Source of the DNA: an uncultured virus (IMG/VR IMGVR_UViG_3300020197_000012)
Taxonomy: Duplodnaviria > Heunggongvirae > Uroviricota > Caudoviricetes
DNA length: 20,000 bases
Strand: one strand, 5' to 3'
Virus record (IMG/VR): IMGVR_UViG_3300020197_000012
The notes below the pieces were generated by a model. That model was not told where the DNA came from. It worked only from the letters and a program-made list of their open reading frames with translations, and did not search any database. The position numbers and the translations under genes were made by a program. Every line of letters begins with the position of its first letter. The stretch's first letter is position 1. Below are positions 11,102-18,291 of this stretch, piece after piece.

Positions 11102-11509
11102 TTATACTCTAGTTGATTTGAGAATTACATTAACAACTTGATTTACTGGTTCAATACCTATAATATTGTATTCAATAATAATTTCTAATTCATAACTATC
11201 ATCAAATACATTCACAAATATATCGGTTACTAAAATTCTTGGCTCATAATTTCTCAATACTTGGTTGATTTCATTCTGAAGAGCAAAGGATATTTCAGTT
11301 GTAGTTAATTCAAAAATGCTATTTTCAACATTAGTGCCCAGGGATGGCTGAAAAAAACGCTCACCGATTGTGGTTCTAACTAAGTTAACAACCGAATTTT
11401 TAATTGCATCTTCATTAAAAATGGCAATGATATCATTTGTGATGGGGTGTTTTTTAAAAGATAAACTAAAATCTTTAAACCCCCTTGATATTTTAGGTTT
11501 GATAGCCAT
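11102..11509 (-). CDS. gp25: Baseplate wedge subunit gp25 (GPW/gp25 family)
   Basis: 135 aa: DFSLSFKKHPITND...NEDAIKNSVVNLVRTTIGERFFQPSLG...NYEPRI, directly upstream of gp6. Confidence 0.93.
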   Translation of the reverse strand: MAIKPKISRGFKDFSLSFKKHPITNDIIAIFNEDAIKNSVVNLVRTTIGERFFQPSLGTNVENSIFELTTTEISFALQNEINQVLRNYEPRILVTDIFVNVFDDSYELEIIIEYNIIGIEPVNQVVNVILKSTRV

Positions 11510-11529
11510 TTAACACGTAGTTTTAGGAT

Positions 11530-11537
11530 TATTTATA
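11530..11537 (-). promoter_or_regulatory. T4-type late promoter TATAAATA for gp25-gp6-gp7
   Basis: Exact TATAAATA on the minus strand, 20 nt upstream of the gp25 ATG. Confidence 0.85.
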
Positions 11538-11541
11538 GTGA

Positions 11542-11724
11542 TTAATGCCACCTTTCTACATAATCATCAAATCCGCCCTTACCACCACAGGGTCTAGAAT
11601 ATCTATTCTCTGGAGGATCGTTCAACTTGTCATTTTTGATTGGAACATAGTCAGTAATTAGGCGTGTTGTGCCCCATTGTTCCTTCATGTAATTAACATC
11701 ACGGTCTACTTGATACTTTGCCAT
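11542..11724 (-). CDS. Small hypothetical phage protein (60 aa)
   Basis: ATG preceded by an AGGAG RBS; fits the operon without overlap. Confidence 0.75.
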   Translation of the reverse strand: MAKYQVDRDVNYMKEQWGTTRLITDYVPIKNDKLNDPPENRYSRPCGGKGGFDDYVERWH

Positions 11725-11768
11725 CTGTTTTCTCCTAAAAAGGTTAAACAGAACTTTTTACGGGGTTG

Positions 11769-12227
11769 CTATCCCGATTTTTTTACAATTTTATAGTCAT
11801 TACCGAGGATTTCTTGCAAATATGCATCATCCCAGTGATCATAATACTCAGTTTGGGCTAATTTTTCTCTAAATTTCTTTAATTTTTCCTTTGGTTGAGC
11901 CAAAATGAGGTTATAAAGCCCATTATTGGTCTGAATACCGCCAATATAGTTGCTGTAAGAGCCACAATCCTTGAAAAAATCCCAAGTTCTATAGATTTTA
12001 TTGTATATATCTACCCATTGATTGATGTCATTGAGCTGTAAATTATCCTCAACAATAAAAATGACAACATCAACCCCATCAATAGGCTCAATGTCGTCAA
12101 TATTACACTCTATGATCTTAAATTTTGCAGTGGAAGCGAAGGGACAGATAGCAAAACCAGATAATTCAGGTCTTACCTTAGATACTTCTTTGATCCAGTT
12201 CCTTACATGTACTTCCTTTTGATTCAT
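11769..12227 (-). CDS. Hypothetical protein, DUF1415-like
   Basis: 152 aa with an N-terminal W..EV....L.GFAICPFA motif. ATGA overlap with the upstream 46-aa gene. Confidence 0.7.
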   Translation of the reverse strand: MNQKEVHVRNWIKEVSKVRPELSGFAICPFASTAKFKIIECNIDDIEPIDGVDVVIFIVEDNLQLNDINQWVDIYNKIYRTWDFFKDCGSYSNYIGGIQTNNGLYNLILAQPKEKLKKFREKLAQTEYYDHWDDAYLQEILGNDYKIVKKSG

Positions 12228-12364
12228 CCTTGCCCTCTGTAACGCTTTCTAGCAGCATTACGAGAAGATGCAGCATACTTTGTATGCTTACCAGCCCCTT
12301 GACGTGATTTCTTGGGCTTTGATTCAATAATAACTTTGTTAGTCAGTGAAGGACGCTTAGCCAT
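12224..12364 (-). CDS. Small, highly basic protein (46 aa), not in ORF track
   Basis: MAKRPSLTNKVIIESKPKKSRQGAGKHTKYAASSRNAARKRYRGQG*. AGGAG RBS upstream; overlaps both neighbouring genes, suggesting translational coupling. Confidence 0.85.
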   Translation of the reverse strand: MAKRPSLTNKVIIESKPKKSRQGAGKHTKYAASSRNAARKRYRGQG

Positions 12365-12563
12365 CTTGTTCTCCTATAATTTTAACTTCAATGTCTTTTG
12401 GATCAGGTTCGCCGTTGACATAAAACTCTTCGGCAAGATACATTAGGTTGTCACCCATTTCCTCATAGGACAAGCCTTCTATGTAAAGTTCATCCTTAAT
12501 ATAGATGGCAAATTTACTATCGAAGGCTGTCAGAACCTCATTAGATAACTCGGGTTTTTTCAT
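12357..12563 (-). CDS. Small acidic hypothetical protein (68 aa)
   Basis: AGGA upstream of the ATG; overlaps the 3' end of the upstream gene and the start of the next one. Confidence 0.75.
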   Translation of the reverse strand: MKKPELSNEVLTAFDSKFAIYIKDELYIEGLSYEEMGDNLMYLAEEFYVNGEPDPKDIEVKIIGEQDG

Positions 12564-13287
12564 GTCCTACACGAATAATGGGGTTACACCAGATTTCAAA
12601 TCCAGCTTTTTTAGCATCAAGACAGAATGAAACGTCTTCGCCACACATATCTTGAACTTCACCAGATTCAAAAACCTGCATTTGAGGAGCAAACCAAGGA
12701 TAGGTCAGGTTTTCAAACACACCCTTCTTAATCAAAACCCAACCGAAGCCAGTATAGTCAACGGTAAAGGGCTTCTTACGCTTGCCCATGGATTCCACAG
12801 TCTCATGATTCATCACACCACGGTTCTTACGGAACTCTTCCTCAGAGAGCCAGTGAGCAACGGAGGTCGTATGACCATCCTCAGTAGCATACCAACCAGC
12901 AGCGATGTCCTTGTCCATTGTTACCAGACGAAGCAGACCTTCGGTGTTGAAAACAATGTCGTTATCGATCCAGAGTTGATAATCGTATTGCAGCTTACCA
13001 TCCCAGGGGACTTGCTTAGGGCCGCGAAGAACATTGGCACCAAGACACTTGCATCGGGCAAAGTTAACCATGGACGAGTAATCTTGTGAAATTTGAATAC
13101 TTACGCCAATCTGCACAAGATCAAAGCAGAGTTGAACGAAGTTTTTTAAAAATGTATATGAACAACCACGACCAGGAAGACAGAACACAAGAGTTTTGCC
13201 ATTAAGCATTGCTTTTGCTTGCTCAATATCAAAATCATCTTGAGGCTTTTCAGGCTCAGTTGCTTTTACAGAAAATCCTTTTGCCAT
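12541..13287 (-). CDS. Glycosyltransferase-like protein (GT-A/GT2-like)
   Basis: 248 aa with NFARCKC, the DxD-like LWIDNDIVF, YTGFGWVLIKKGVFE, GEDVSFC and RVGHEK, matching the GT-A fold layout. Confidence 0.8.
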   Translation of the reverse strand: MAKGFSVKATEPEKPQDDFDIEQAKAMLNGKTLVFCLPGRGCSYTFLKNFVQLCFDLVQIGVSIQISQDYSSMVNFARCKCLGANVLRGPKQVPWDGKLQYDYQLWIDNDIVFNTEGLLRLVTMDKDIAAGWYATEDGHTTSVAHWLSEEEFRKNRGVMNHETVESMGKRKKPFTVDYTGFGWVLIKKGVFENLTYPWFAPQMQVFESGEVQDMCGEDVSFCLDAKKAGFEIWCNPIIRVGHEKTRVI

Positions 13288-13310
13288 AATGATTCAAAGG
13301 GGACTAATGA

Positions 13311-13340
13311 ATTCTAACACAGGTATTTAGTTCCTGTCAA
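13311..13340 (-). promoter_or_regulatory. Sigma70-type promoter with a nested late-like CTAAATA, driving the GT-like operon
   Basis: TTGACA(13340-13335)-18 nt-TAGAAT(13316-13311) with a TGn extension; CTAAATA at 13330-13324 lies in the spacer. Confidence 0.65.
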
Positions 13341-13350
13341 GAAGGGTAAA

Positions 13351-13358
13351 TATAAATA
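13351..13358 (+). promoter_or_regulatory. T4-type late promoter TATAAATA
   Basis: Exact consensus, 19 nt upstream of the ATG at 13378. Confidence 0.85.
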
Positions 13359-13377
13359 ATTAAAAACTAGTAATTAC

Positions 13378-15522
13378 ATGAAGGATCTTACGGAAGCCTA
13401 TAAAGAAATTTATCAGCTTGATGAAGTTAAATTTGCAAATGTTGGTGCTCTAGCATCAAATGTGATGAGAATGCCAGGTGGTGCTACTCCTCCTAAGAAG
13501 GATGAACCAGTTGCTAAAGATACGCCTGCGCCCACTCCAGCAGCCGCTACAACGCCTGCTCCTTCAGCAATGGATCAGTGGGCAAAGGCAAATCCAAAGC
13601 TTGCTGCAGCGGCTGCTGAGAGGGCTCGTACTCGTGGTACAAGTGAGACTGATAATCCTCTCATGAAGGATATGAGAGCTAATCTTCCAGCACCTGCAAA
13701 GGCACAGGATCCAAACTTCCAGAGCATTATGAAGTCTGGTAAGTACGGTGATCAGGGGTATCAGAGTTTAACGCAGAATCCTAATGTAAGAGCAACAGCG
13801 CCTGTCACATCACAGAACGGAAAAGCAGCACAACCCAAAGTAGCCGCATCAGCACTTCAGCAAGTCATGGCAGCAAGCCAAGCCGCAGCAGCCTCAATTA
13901 ATAATGATCCAAGAGCACAAGCCTTTGATACCTCCAAGTATGGTTTCTCAGGTAAAACAACTCCAATCACACCTAGAAAGCCTCTACTTCGCACACCACT
14001 CAGAAACTCCTATGATTACGGACAGATGGACTCACAACAACTCACATCGCTTCTGAATGCTTATAGTGAAATGTATCAAGATAATATTGAACCAGAAGGT
14101 GAACAACTTGATGAATTTTTAGGAAGAGCAATTGATGCAGCTGCTGCAAAAGTTGGGCCTGTTATTGATAGAGGAGTCAATGCTGTATTTGGGAAACCAA
14201 AACCAAGACCAATATCATCATCTCCAACCCCAGCAACAAGACCTGTTGCACCTACACCTGCTGCCACTGCAAAACCACAACCAACTCAACAACAAGGAAA
14301 TTATGGAAATGTTGGATCACTTGGAAATTTTGGTGGAAATTTAAAATATGTTGTAGATAGAGCAAAAGAAAGAAATCAAATGCTGAATCAATCTTACCAA
14401 CCAGAAGGTGAACAACTTGATGAGTTTTTGTTTGGACCATCAAAAGTAACTCCAAAGGGCGGACAATTGTCAGGTTCAAAAGCGCCTGTAGAAGTTGATA
14501 AAAAATATACTGCACAAAAACAAGGACAACTTGTAAATGTGCAGTATGATAAGGGAGGAAATAGAAAAGTAACTCCTATGTCTCCTGCTGAGAGAGGAGC
14601 TGCTGCTCTAAAACTTAGACTAAGTGGTGGTGGAGCATCTAGTCCATCAATGAATCAATATCAAACTCAATCATTTGAACCAGAAGGTGAACAGATTGAT
14701 GAGAAGTGCTGGGATGGTTATACGAAAAAAGGAATGAAGACAATGTTTGGAAAAAGATATCCAAACTGTGTGAAGAAAAAAGCAGTAACTTCTGAGGAGG
14801 TTGAGGCTTATGATATTATTCTTGATCATATTCTCTCAGAAGGACTCGCAACAAGTGTAGAGAATGCTGAGAAAATTATGAGCGTGATGAGTGATACCTG
14901 GATGCAGGGTATTCTTGAGGACTGGAGGGTAGGTTTGAAAATTCCCCTTGGAAGAAGCAGCAGTGGTCTTCAGGGGCCTATAGGTGTTTATGGTGGATAC
15001 TCAACCCCTATTGGATCTAGTGGTACTCAAGCAGCAGTAAATGCTAATCTGGAGTATGGTGATATTCTTAAGGCAAGAACTCCAGAAACTGCTGTAGATC
15101 AAGGACTTACAAATTTGCAGACTGGAGCACCAATTCCTAAATCAGATGTAAGAAAAGGTTTTACAGGAGGTCTGGATGCTAAGATTTCGGGATCTCTTGG
15201 ATCTGGTCAGCAGCCTGCACCAAAACCAGTAACTAAACCAGCACCAAAACCAAGACCAGAAGACCCCAAACCAGCAACAGCAACAACTCCAGCACCAGCA
15301 CCAGCACCAGCACCAGTACCTCCGCCACAAGATGATGTCAGAAGAGTTGGATTACCTGATGATGTGCGAACTACTACATTCACACCTCAAGGTAATGATC
15401 AGGAACGTCAAGTTCGTGGTATTACAAATGCTGCTAATGGAACTGGTGATCGACAAACTGGAATGGGAGTTATCGGTCCTCAGAGTTTTGTTAGAAATAA
15501 TCCCGTTATGCCTGGATACTAA
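13378..15522 (+). CDS. Modular low-complexity late protein, probable capsid-internal (poly)protein
   Basis: 714 aa, Pro/Ala/Gln-rich, behind a late promoter. It has three PEGEQ(L/I)DE motifs, EAYKEIY/NAYSEMY motifs, a KCWDGY...YPNCVKK module and an acidic helical YDIILDHILSEG...GILE module. Confidence 0.8.
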   Translation: MKDLTEAYKEIYQLDEVKFANVGALASNVMRMPGGATPPKKDEPVAKDTPAPTPAAATTPAPSAMDQWAKANPKLAAAAAERARTRGTSETDNPLMKDMRANLPAPAKAQDPNFQSIMKSGKYGDQGYQSLTQNPNVRATAPVTSQNGKAAQPKVAASALQQVMAASQAAAASINNDPRAQAFDTSKYGFSGKTTPITPRKPLLRTPLRNSYDYGQMDSQQLTSLLNAYSEMYQDNIEPEGEQLDEFLGRAIDAAAAKVGPVIDRGVNAVFGKPKPRPISSSPTPATRPVAPTPAATAKPQPTQQQGNYGNVGSLGNFGGNLKYVVDRAKERNQMLNQSYQPEGEQLDEFLFGPSKVTPKGGQLSGSKAPVEVDKKYTAQKQGQLVNVQYDKGGNRKVTPMSPAERGAAALKLRLSGGGASSPSMNQYQTQSFEPEGEQIDEKCWDGYTKKGMKTMFGKRYPNCVKKKAVTSEEVEAYDIILDHILSEGLATSVENAEKIMSVMSDTWMQGILEDWRVGLKIPLGRSSSGLQGPIGVYGGYSTPIGSSGTQAAVNANLEYGDILKARTPETAVDQGLTNLQTGAPIPKSDVRKGFTGGLDAKISGSLGSGQQPAPKPVTKPAPKPRPEDPKPATATTPAPAPAPAPVPPPQDDVRRVGLPDDVRTTTFTPQGNDQERQVRGITNAANGTGDRQTGMGVIGPQSFVRNNPVMPGY
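14089..14702 (+). repeat. Three dispersed ~25-bp direct repeats encoding PEGEQ(L/I)DE
   Basis: (g)aaccagaaggtgaaca(ac/ga)ttgatga at 14089-14114, 14399-14423 and 14677-14702. Confidence 0.9.
15289..15318 (+). repeat. (CCAGCA)n tandem repeat encoding a PA linker
   Basis: Four perfect CCAGCA copies followed by CCAGTA. Confidence 0.85.
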
Positions 15523-15528
15523 ACGAAA

Positions 15529-15678
15529 TCACGCAGGTTTGACACTCTTGCTTGGGAGATACTTCTTCTTAAACTCGTCAAAGCCTTCTGGGGGTGCTGA
15601 GGGCTTTGGTTGTGGTTGAGGCTTATAAGGCTGATAAGGAGATCCGCCTGACTCCATAAAGGATTGAAAGGTTTTCAT
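15529..15678 (-). CDS. Small protein (49 aa) with capsid-targeting-like N-terminus, not in ORF track
   Basis: MKTFQSFMESGGSPYQPYKPQPQPKPSAPPEGFDEFKKKYLPSKSVKPA*; TAATG overlap with the stop of the upstream gene. Confidence 0.8.
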   Translation of the reverse strand: MKTFQSFMESGGSPYQPYKPQPQPKPSAPPEGFDEFKKKYLPSKSVKPA

Positions 15679-16382
15679 TAGTCTGCTAAACGTGTATTGG
15701 CAATTCCATAACCAGGAGTTCCACCAACTTGATAACGTCCTGTAGTTCCTGATGGTGATCCAACATTACCTAAAGAACTACTCATTCCTCTGGTAGATCT
15801 AATTTCTCTTCTAATCACAGATCTATTTTGAGGTTTTTTCATTGCAGTGGAAACTCTTTGTCGCAATTCTTGTTTTTGAGTACCTTGGAAGGTTATGGCA
15901 CTTTGAGGTTTATCAGTAATATCATAACGATTTGCTCCTTTTGGAGACATTTGCACTATATTAAATGTATTTCCTCCTTTTTGTGCCGTCCATTCTCCAC
16001 GTTGATCTCTTTGTGCTTTAACTTTATTGTATGTACTTGTCGGTAATCTAAATGTACGCACCGCAGGACTTTCGCCTCTTTGAGATGCTCTTTGATTTGC
16101 ATACATCTGAGCAGCAGGTCTTTGTGGCGTTGTATAAACTCCAGATCCTGTCATTTGGCGAGTGACATTTATATTAGTTCTCCATCCAGATCTAGAAATT
16201 TGTTGTGATGCTGGTTGAGTTGTGCCATGGTAGAGGCGAGTAAATGATGCTGATCTTGGGGCAGTACCAGTTCTTCTTGAAACTTGCTGTTTCAATGCTT
16301 GATTACGAAAGGCAGATCGTGCTGCTGCTTTAATTACAGATGTTGCTAATGCTTCATCAAGAAACTGTGAGTAGGTTTTCAT
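15678..16382 (-). CDS. Putative internal head protein with PARP-like ADP-ribosyltransferase domain
   Basis: N-terminus MKTYSQFLDEA; RLYHGTT...SGW...GSGVYTTP...AQMYA...AVRTFRL matches the H-Y class ART motif order. Confidence 0.7.
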   Translation of the reverse strand: MKTYSQFLDEALATSVIKAAARSAFRNQALKQQVSRRTGTAPRSASFTRLYHGTTQPASQQISRSGWRTNINVTRQMTGSGVYTTPQRPAAQMYANQRASQRGESPAVRTFRLPTSTYNKVKAQRDQRGEWTAQKGGNTFNIVQMSPKGANRYDITDKPQSAITFQGTQKQELRQRVSTAMKKPQNRSVIRREIRSTRGMSSSLGNVGSPSGTTGRYQVGGTPGYGIANTRLAD

Positions 16383-16383
16383 T

Positions 16384-17388
16384 TTACTTCTTAGGTTTGT
16401 TTAAGGCAGAATATGCAGCAATACCTGCACCTACAAGACCTGCAGCAAGACCAGCACGACCGCCTCTGATATTAATTTTGGGTAGCTTAGGTACTGTGAG
16501 AGCTGGGGCTTTTGGTAGTGATGGTGACTGTACTCTTGGAGTTGTTTGTAGTGCCTGAGTGGCTTGTCTTAAAGAAGGTCTAGAAGGTTTTGCTGGAGCA
16601 ATCGTTCTTCTGTCCCCAAATCCTCTCTCCTTTGCTGCCCAGTATCCTGCAGGTTTGTGAGGTGGTCTGGTAACTTTGTCTAATTCTCGTCTATTGTATA
16701 CCCACTCTGGATCTAAGTTACCTGAGAGTGGAGTAATACGCTGAGCACCCCTTGCGGCTTGTCTTGATGATGGTGGACGATTCACAGCAGCATACTGTCT
16801 TCCCTGCATTCCAGTTTTTCCAAAACCTGCAACCTTTGAGTATAACTTAGAGCGAGTATTTCTCTCACTCGTATCATTACTAATTGGAAAATTAGTTAAA
16901 ACAACATTACTTGGAATACGTGGAGCAACCTGATTCTTCCACATATCTGCAACACTTCTTACAATTGATCGAGCTTCTCCAGGATTATGCTTTTTCTTGC
17001 CTGACAAATTATACCACTCAACATCATAAACAGGTTTTCTACCTGGGGCAATTTGATCCTTCTGACGAATTTTCATTTCAAGATCATTCTTCGTATCACG
17101 CACTCTCATGCCATAATCTGTATCTGTTTCTATATCATAACGACCACTCTTATCAGGTCTTGAATCAAAATATGGATTATCAGCACCACGACTGACTTGA
17201 TTGTTTCTTCTGTTTATTTGGTTTGCTATTCTACCAAAGGTTTGAGTATTTTGTCTTCCTCCTCTAAAATACTCACCCTTCTGTCTATAATACGACGAAG
17301 TAGCCTTACCATAAGGAGTCTTTCCTGATGGTAAGGGTTCATCTGGTTCGTAGTATCTTTCAGATATAAATTCGCTAAACGTCTTCAT
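16384..17388 (-). CDS. Putative internal head protein (334 aa), function unknown
   Basis: N-terminus MKTFSEFISE, late promoter upstream, basic composition, and a hydrophobic Gly/Ala C-terminal segment. Confidence 0.75.
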   Translation of the reverse strand: MKTFSEFISERYYEPDEPLPSGKTPYGKATSSYYRQKGEYFRGGRQNTQTFGRIANQINRRNNQVSRGADNPYFDSRPDKSGRYDIETDTDYGMRVRDTKNDLEMKIRQKDQIAPGRKPVYDVEWYNLSGKKKHNPGEARSIVRSVADMWKNQVAPRIPSNVVLTNFPISNDTSERNTRSKLYSKVAGFGKTGMQGRQYAAVNRPPSSRQAARGAQRITPLSGNLDPEWVYNRRELDKVTRPPHKPAGYWAAKERGFGDRRTIAPAKPSRPSLRQATQALQTTPRVQSPSLPKAPALTVPKLPKINIRGGRAGLAAGLVGAGIAAYSALNKPKK

Positions 17389-17408
17389 GTCAGCTGAACG
17401 GTTTGAAA

Positions 17409-17807
17409 TTATTTATCAATGTACTCCATAATCTCATCCAGTTCTTCCTCACTTATCTCTCCTACAGACTCACAGGTTACATAGATTCTCTCTGGTACTT
17501 CACCAAAGTATCCTTGAAGCCATGGGCACAGCCAAATTTCCATGCCTGAGAGTGAATCCTTATAATACGATCCTACGTCATCAGATTCAATCAAATTAAT
17601 TTGAGTTATGGCTTCTTTAAATTTTTTTGTGCTTAGATAAAATGCGAGTTGATCTCCGACGAGGGGAGCCTTACCCTCAATCGCTTGATAATACCAATCA
17701 ATTGCAAGCTCTGTCCCGTTGCAGAGAGCCTCATCGACGGTGTTCTGATGCTCATGGTCAAACACCCAGCAGGTTGGAGTCTTACGAGCTATAAGGTAAA
17801 GATTCAT
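17409..17807 (-). CDS. Hypothetical protein, DUF6717-like (132 aa; start revised to ATG 17807)
   Basis: MNLYLIARKTPTCWVFD...E....G....ID...WLCPWLQGYFGEVPERIYV. The track's TTG start at 17855 is actually the -35 box. Confidence 0.75.
   Translation of the reverse strand: MNLYLIARKTPTCWVFDHEHQNTVDEALCNGTELAIDWYYQAIEGKAPLVGDQLAFYLSTKKFKEAITQINLIESDDVGSYYKDSLSGMEIWLCPWLQGYFGEVPERIYVTCESVGEISEEELDEIMEYIDK
17410..17417 (-). promoter_or_regulatory. Late promoter GATAAATA for the MKT gene trio
   Basis: NATAAATA 21 nt upstream of the ATG at 17388, overlapping the end of the upstream gene. Confidence 0.7.
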
Positions 17808-17826
17808 AATGCTTAGAGAAAATCGG

Positions 17827-17855
17827 AGTCTATCAGAAACCTTATGAGCTGTCAA
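17827..17855 (-). promoter_or_regulatory. Sigma70-type early promoter
   Basis: TTGACA-17 nt-TAGACT, 19 nt upstream of the ATG at 17807. Confidence 0.8.
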
Positions 17856-18040
17856 CCCCCTGGGAAATTTTTTTGGGCAAAAATTTTTTGAATTGAAGGA
17901 TATTTAGAGGTCGATTTCAAGGTCTTATAGCTTAGGGAAGTTAGACGTTTTTAAAACGGGTAAGGGGGGCGGGGGCGGCACACATAAGGGGCGCTTATCA
18001 CTGCCCCTCGGACTGATCAGCATTGCTGATCAATCGCTAA

Positions 18041-18070
18041 GTATAAAATAGGGGGGAGAATTGTCCCCCC
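18041..18070 (-). terminator. Rho-independent terminator
   Basis: GGGGGGAcaattcTCCCCCC followed by TATTTTATAC, 7 nt after the stop at 18078. Confidence 0.75.
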
Positions 18071-18077
18071 GATTGTA

Positions 18078-18248
18078 TCATCGAACCTTTGCAGGTTGGA
18101 CAGCAACCAGAACGCGGTTGGTGCCTCTACTGATGAACCAGGATTCCAGATCCTGAGAGAATGACACAGCATTGTCCAAAGAGGTTGCGCATACCTTGCG
18201 ACGGTATCCGTCCGAGAAGGTGGCAACAAACAGGGTGGTGCGGTTCAT
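18078..18248 (-). CDS. Small early hypothetical protein (56 aa; start revised to ATG 18248)
   Basis: MNRTTLFVATFSDGYRRKVCATSLDNAVSFSQDLESWFISRGTNRVLVAVQPAKVR*, flanked by its own promoter (-10 at 18292-18297) and a terminator. Confidence 0.65.
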   Translation of the reverse strand: MNRTTLFVATFSDGYRRKVCATSLDNAVSFSQDLESWFISRGTNRVLVAVQPAKVR

Positions 18249-18291
18249 TTGTCTGAAAGTGTAGGACGGGACTGGTTGCCCGCTTGAGCCT

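Noticed and set aside
11351..11357. A7 run in gp25 as a slippage or phase-variation site
   Set aside because: It encodes the conserved RFF motif in frame and the gene is intact.
14089..14702. 25-bp repeats as a CRISPR-like array
   Set aside because: Spacers are ~250-285 bp, the repeats are in-frame coding and non-palindromic, and no cas genes are present.
12022..17195. Track ORFs at 12022, 12652, 13478, 14076, 14132, 14252, 15142, 15332, 15828, 16340 and 16911
   Set aside because: Shadows of better-supported genes. The WCWC-rich ORF at 15142-15330 is simply the antisense of the CCAGCA repeat.
17808..17855. N-terminal extension from the TTG at 17855
   Set aside because: The TTG is part of the TTGACA -35 box; the real start is probably ATG 17807.
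18130..18180. Hammerhead ribozyme core (CTGATGA)
   Set aside because: No properly placed GAAA or flanking stems, and it lies antisense within a small CDS.
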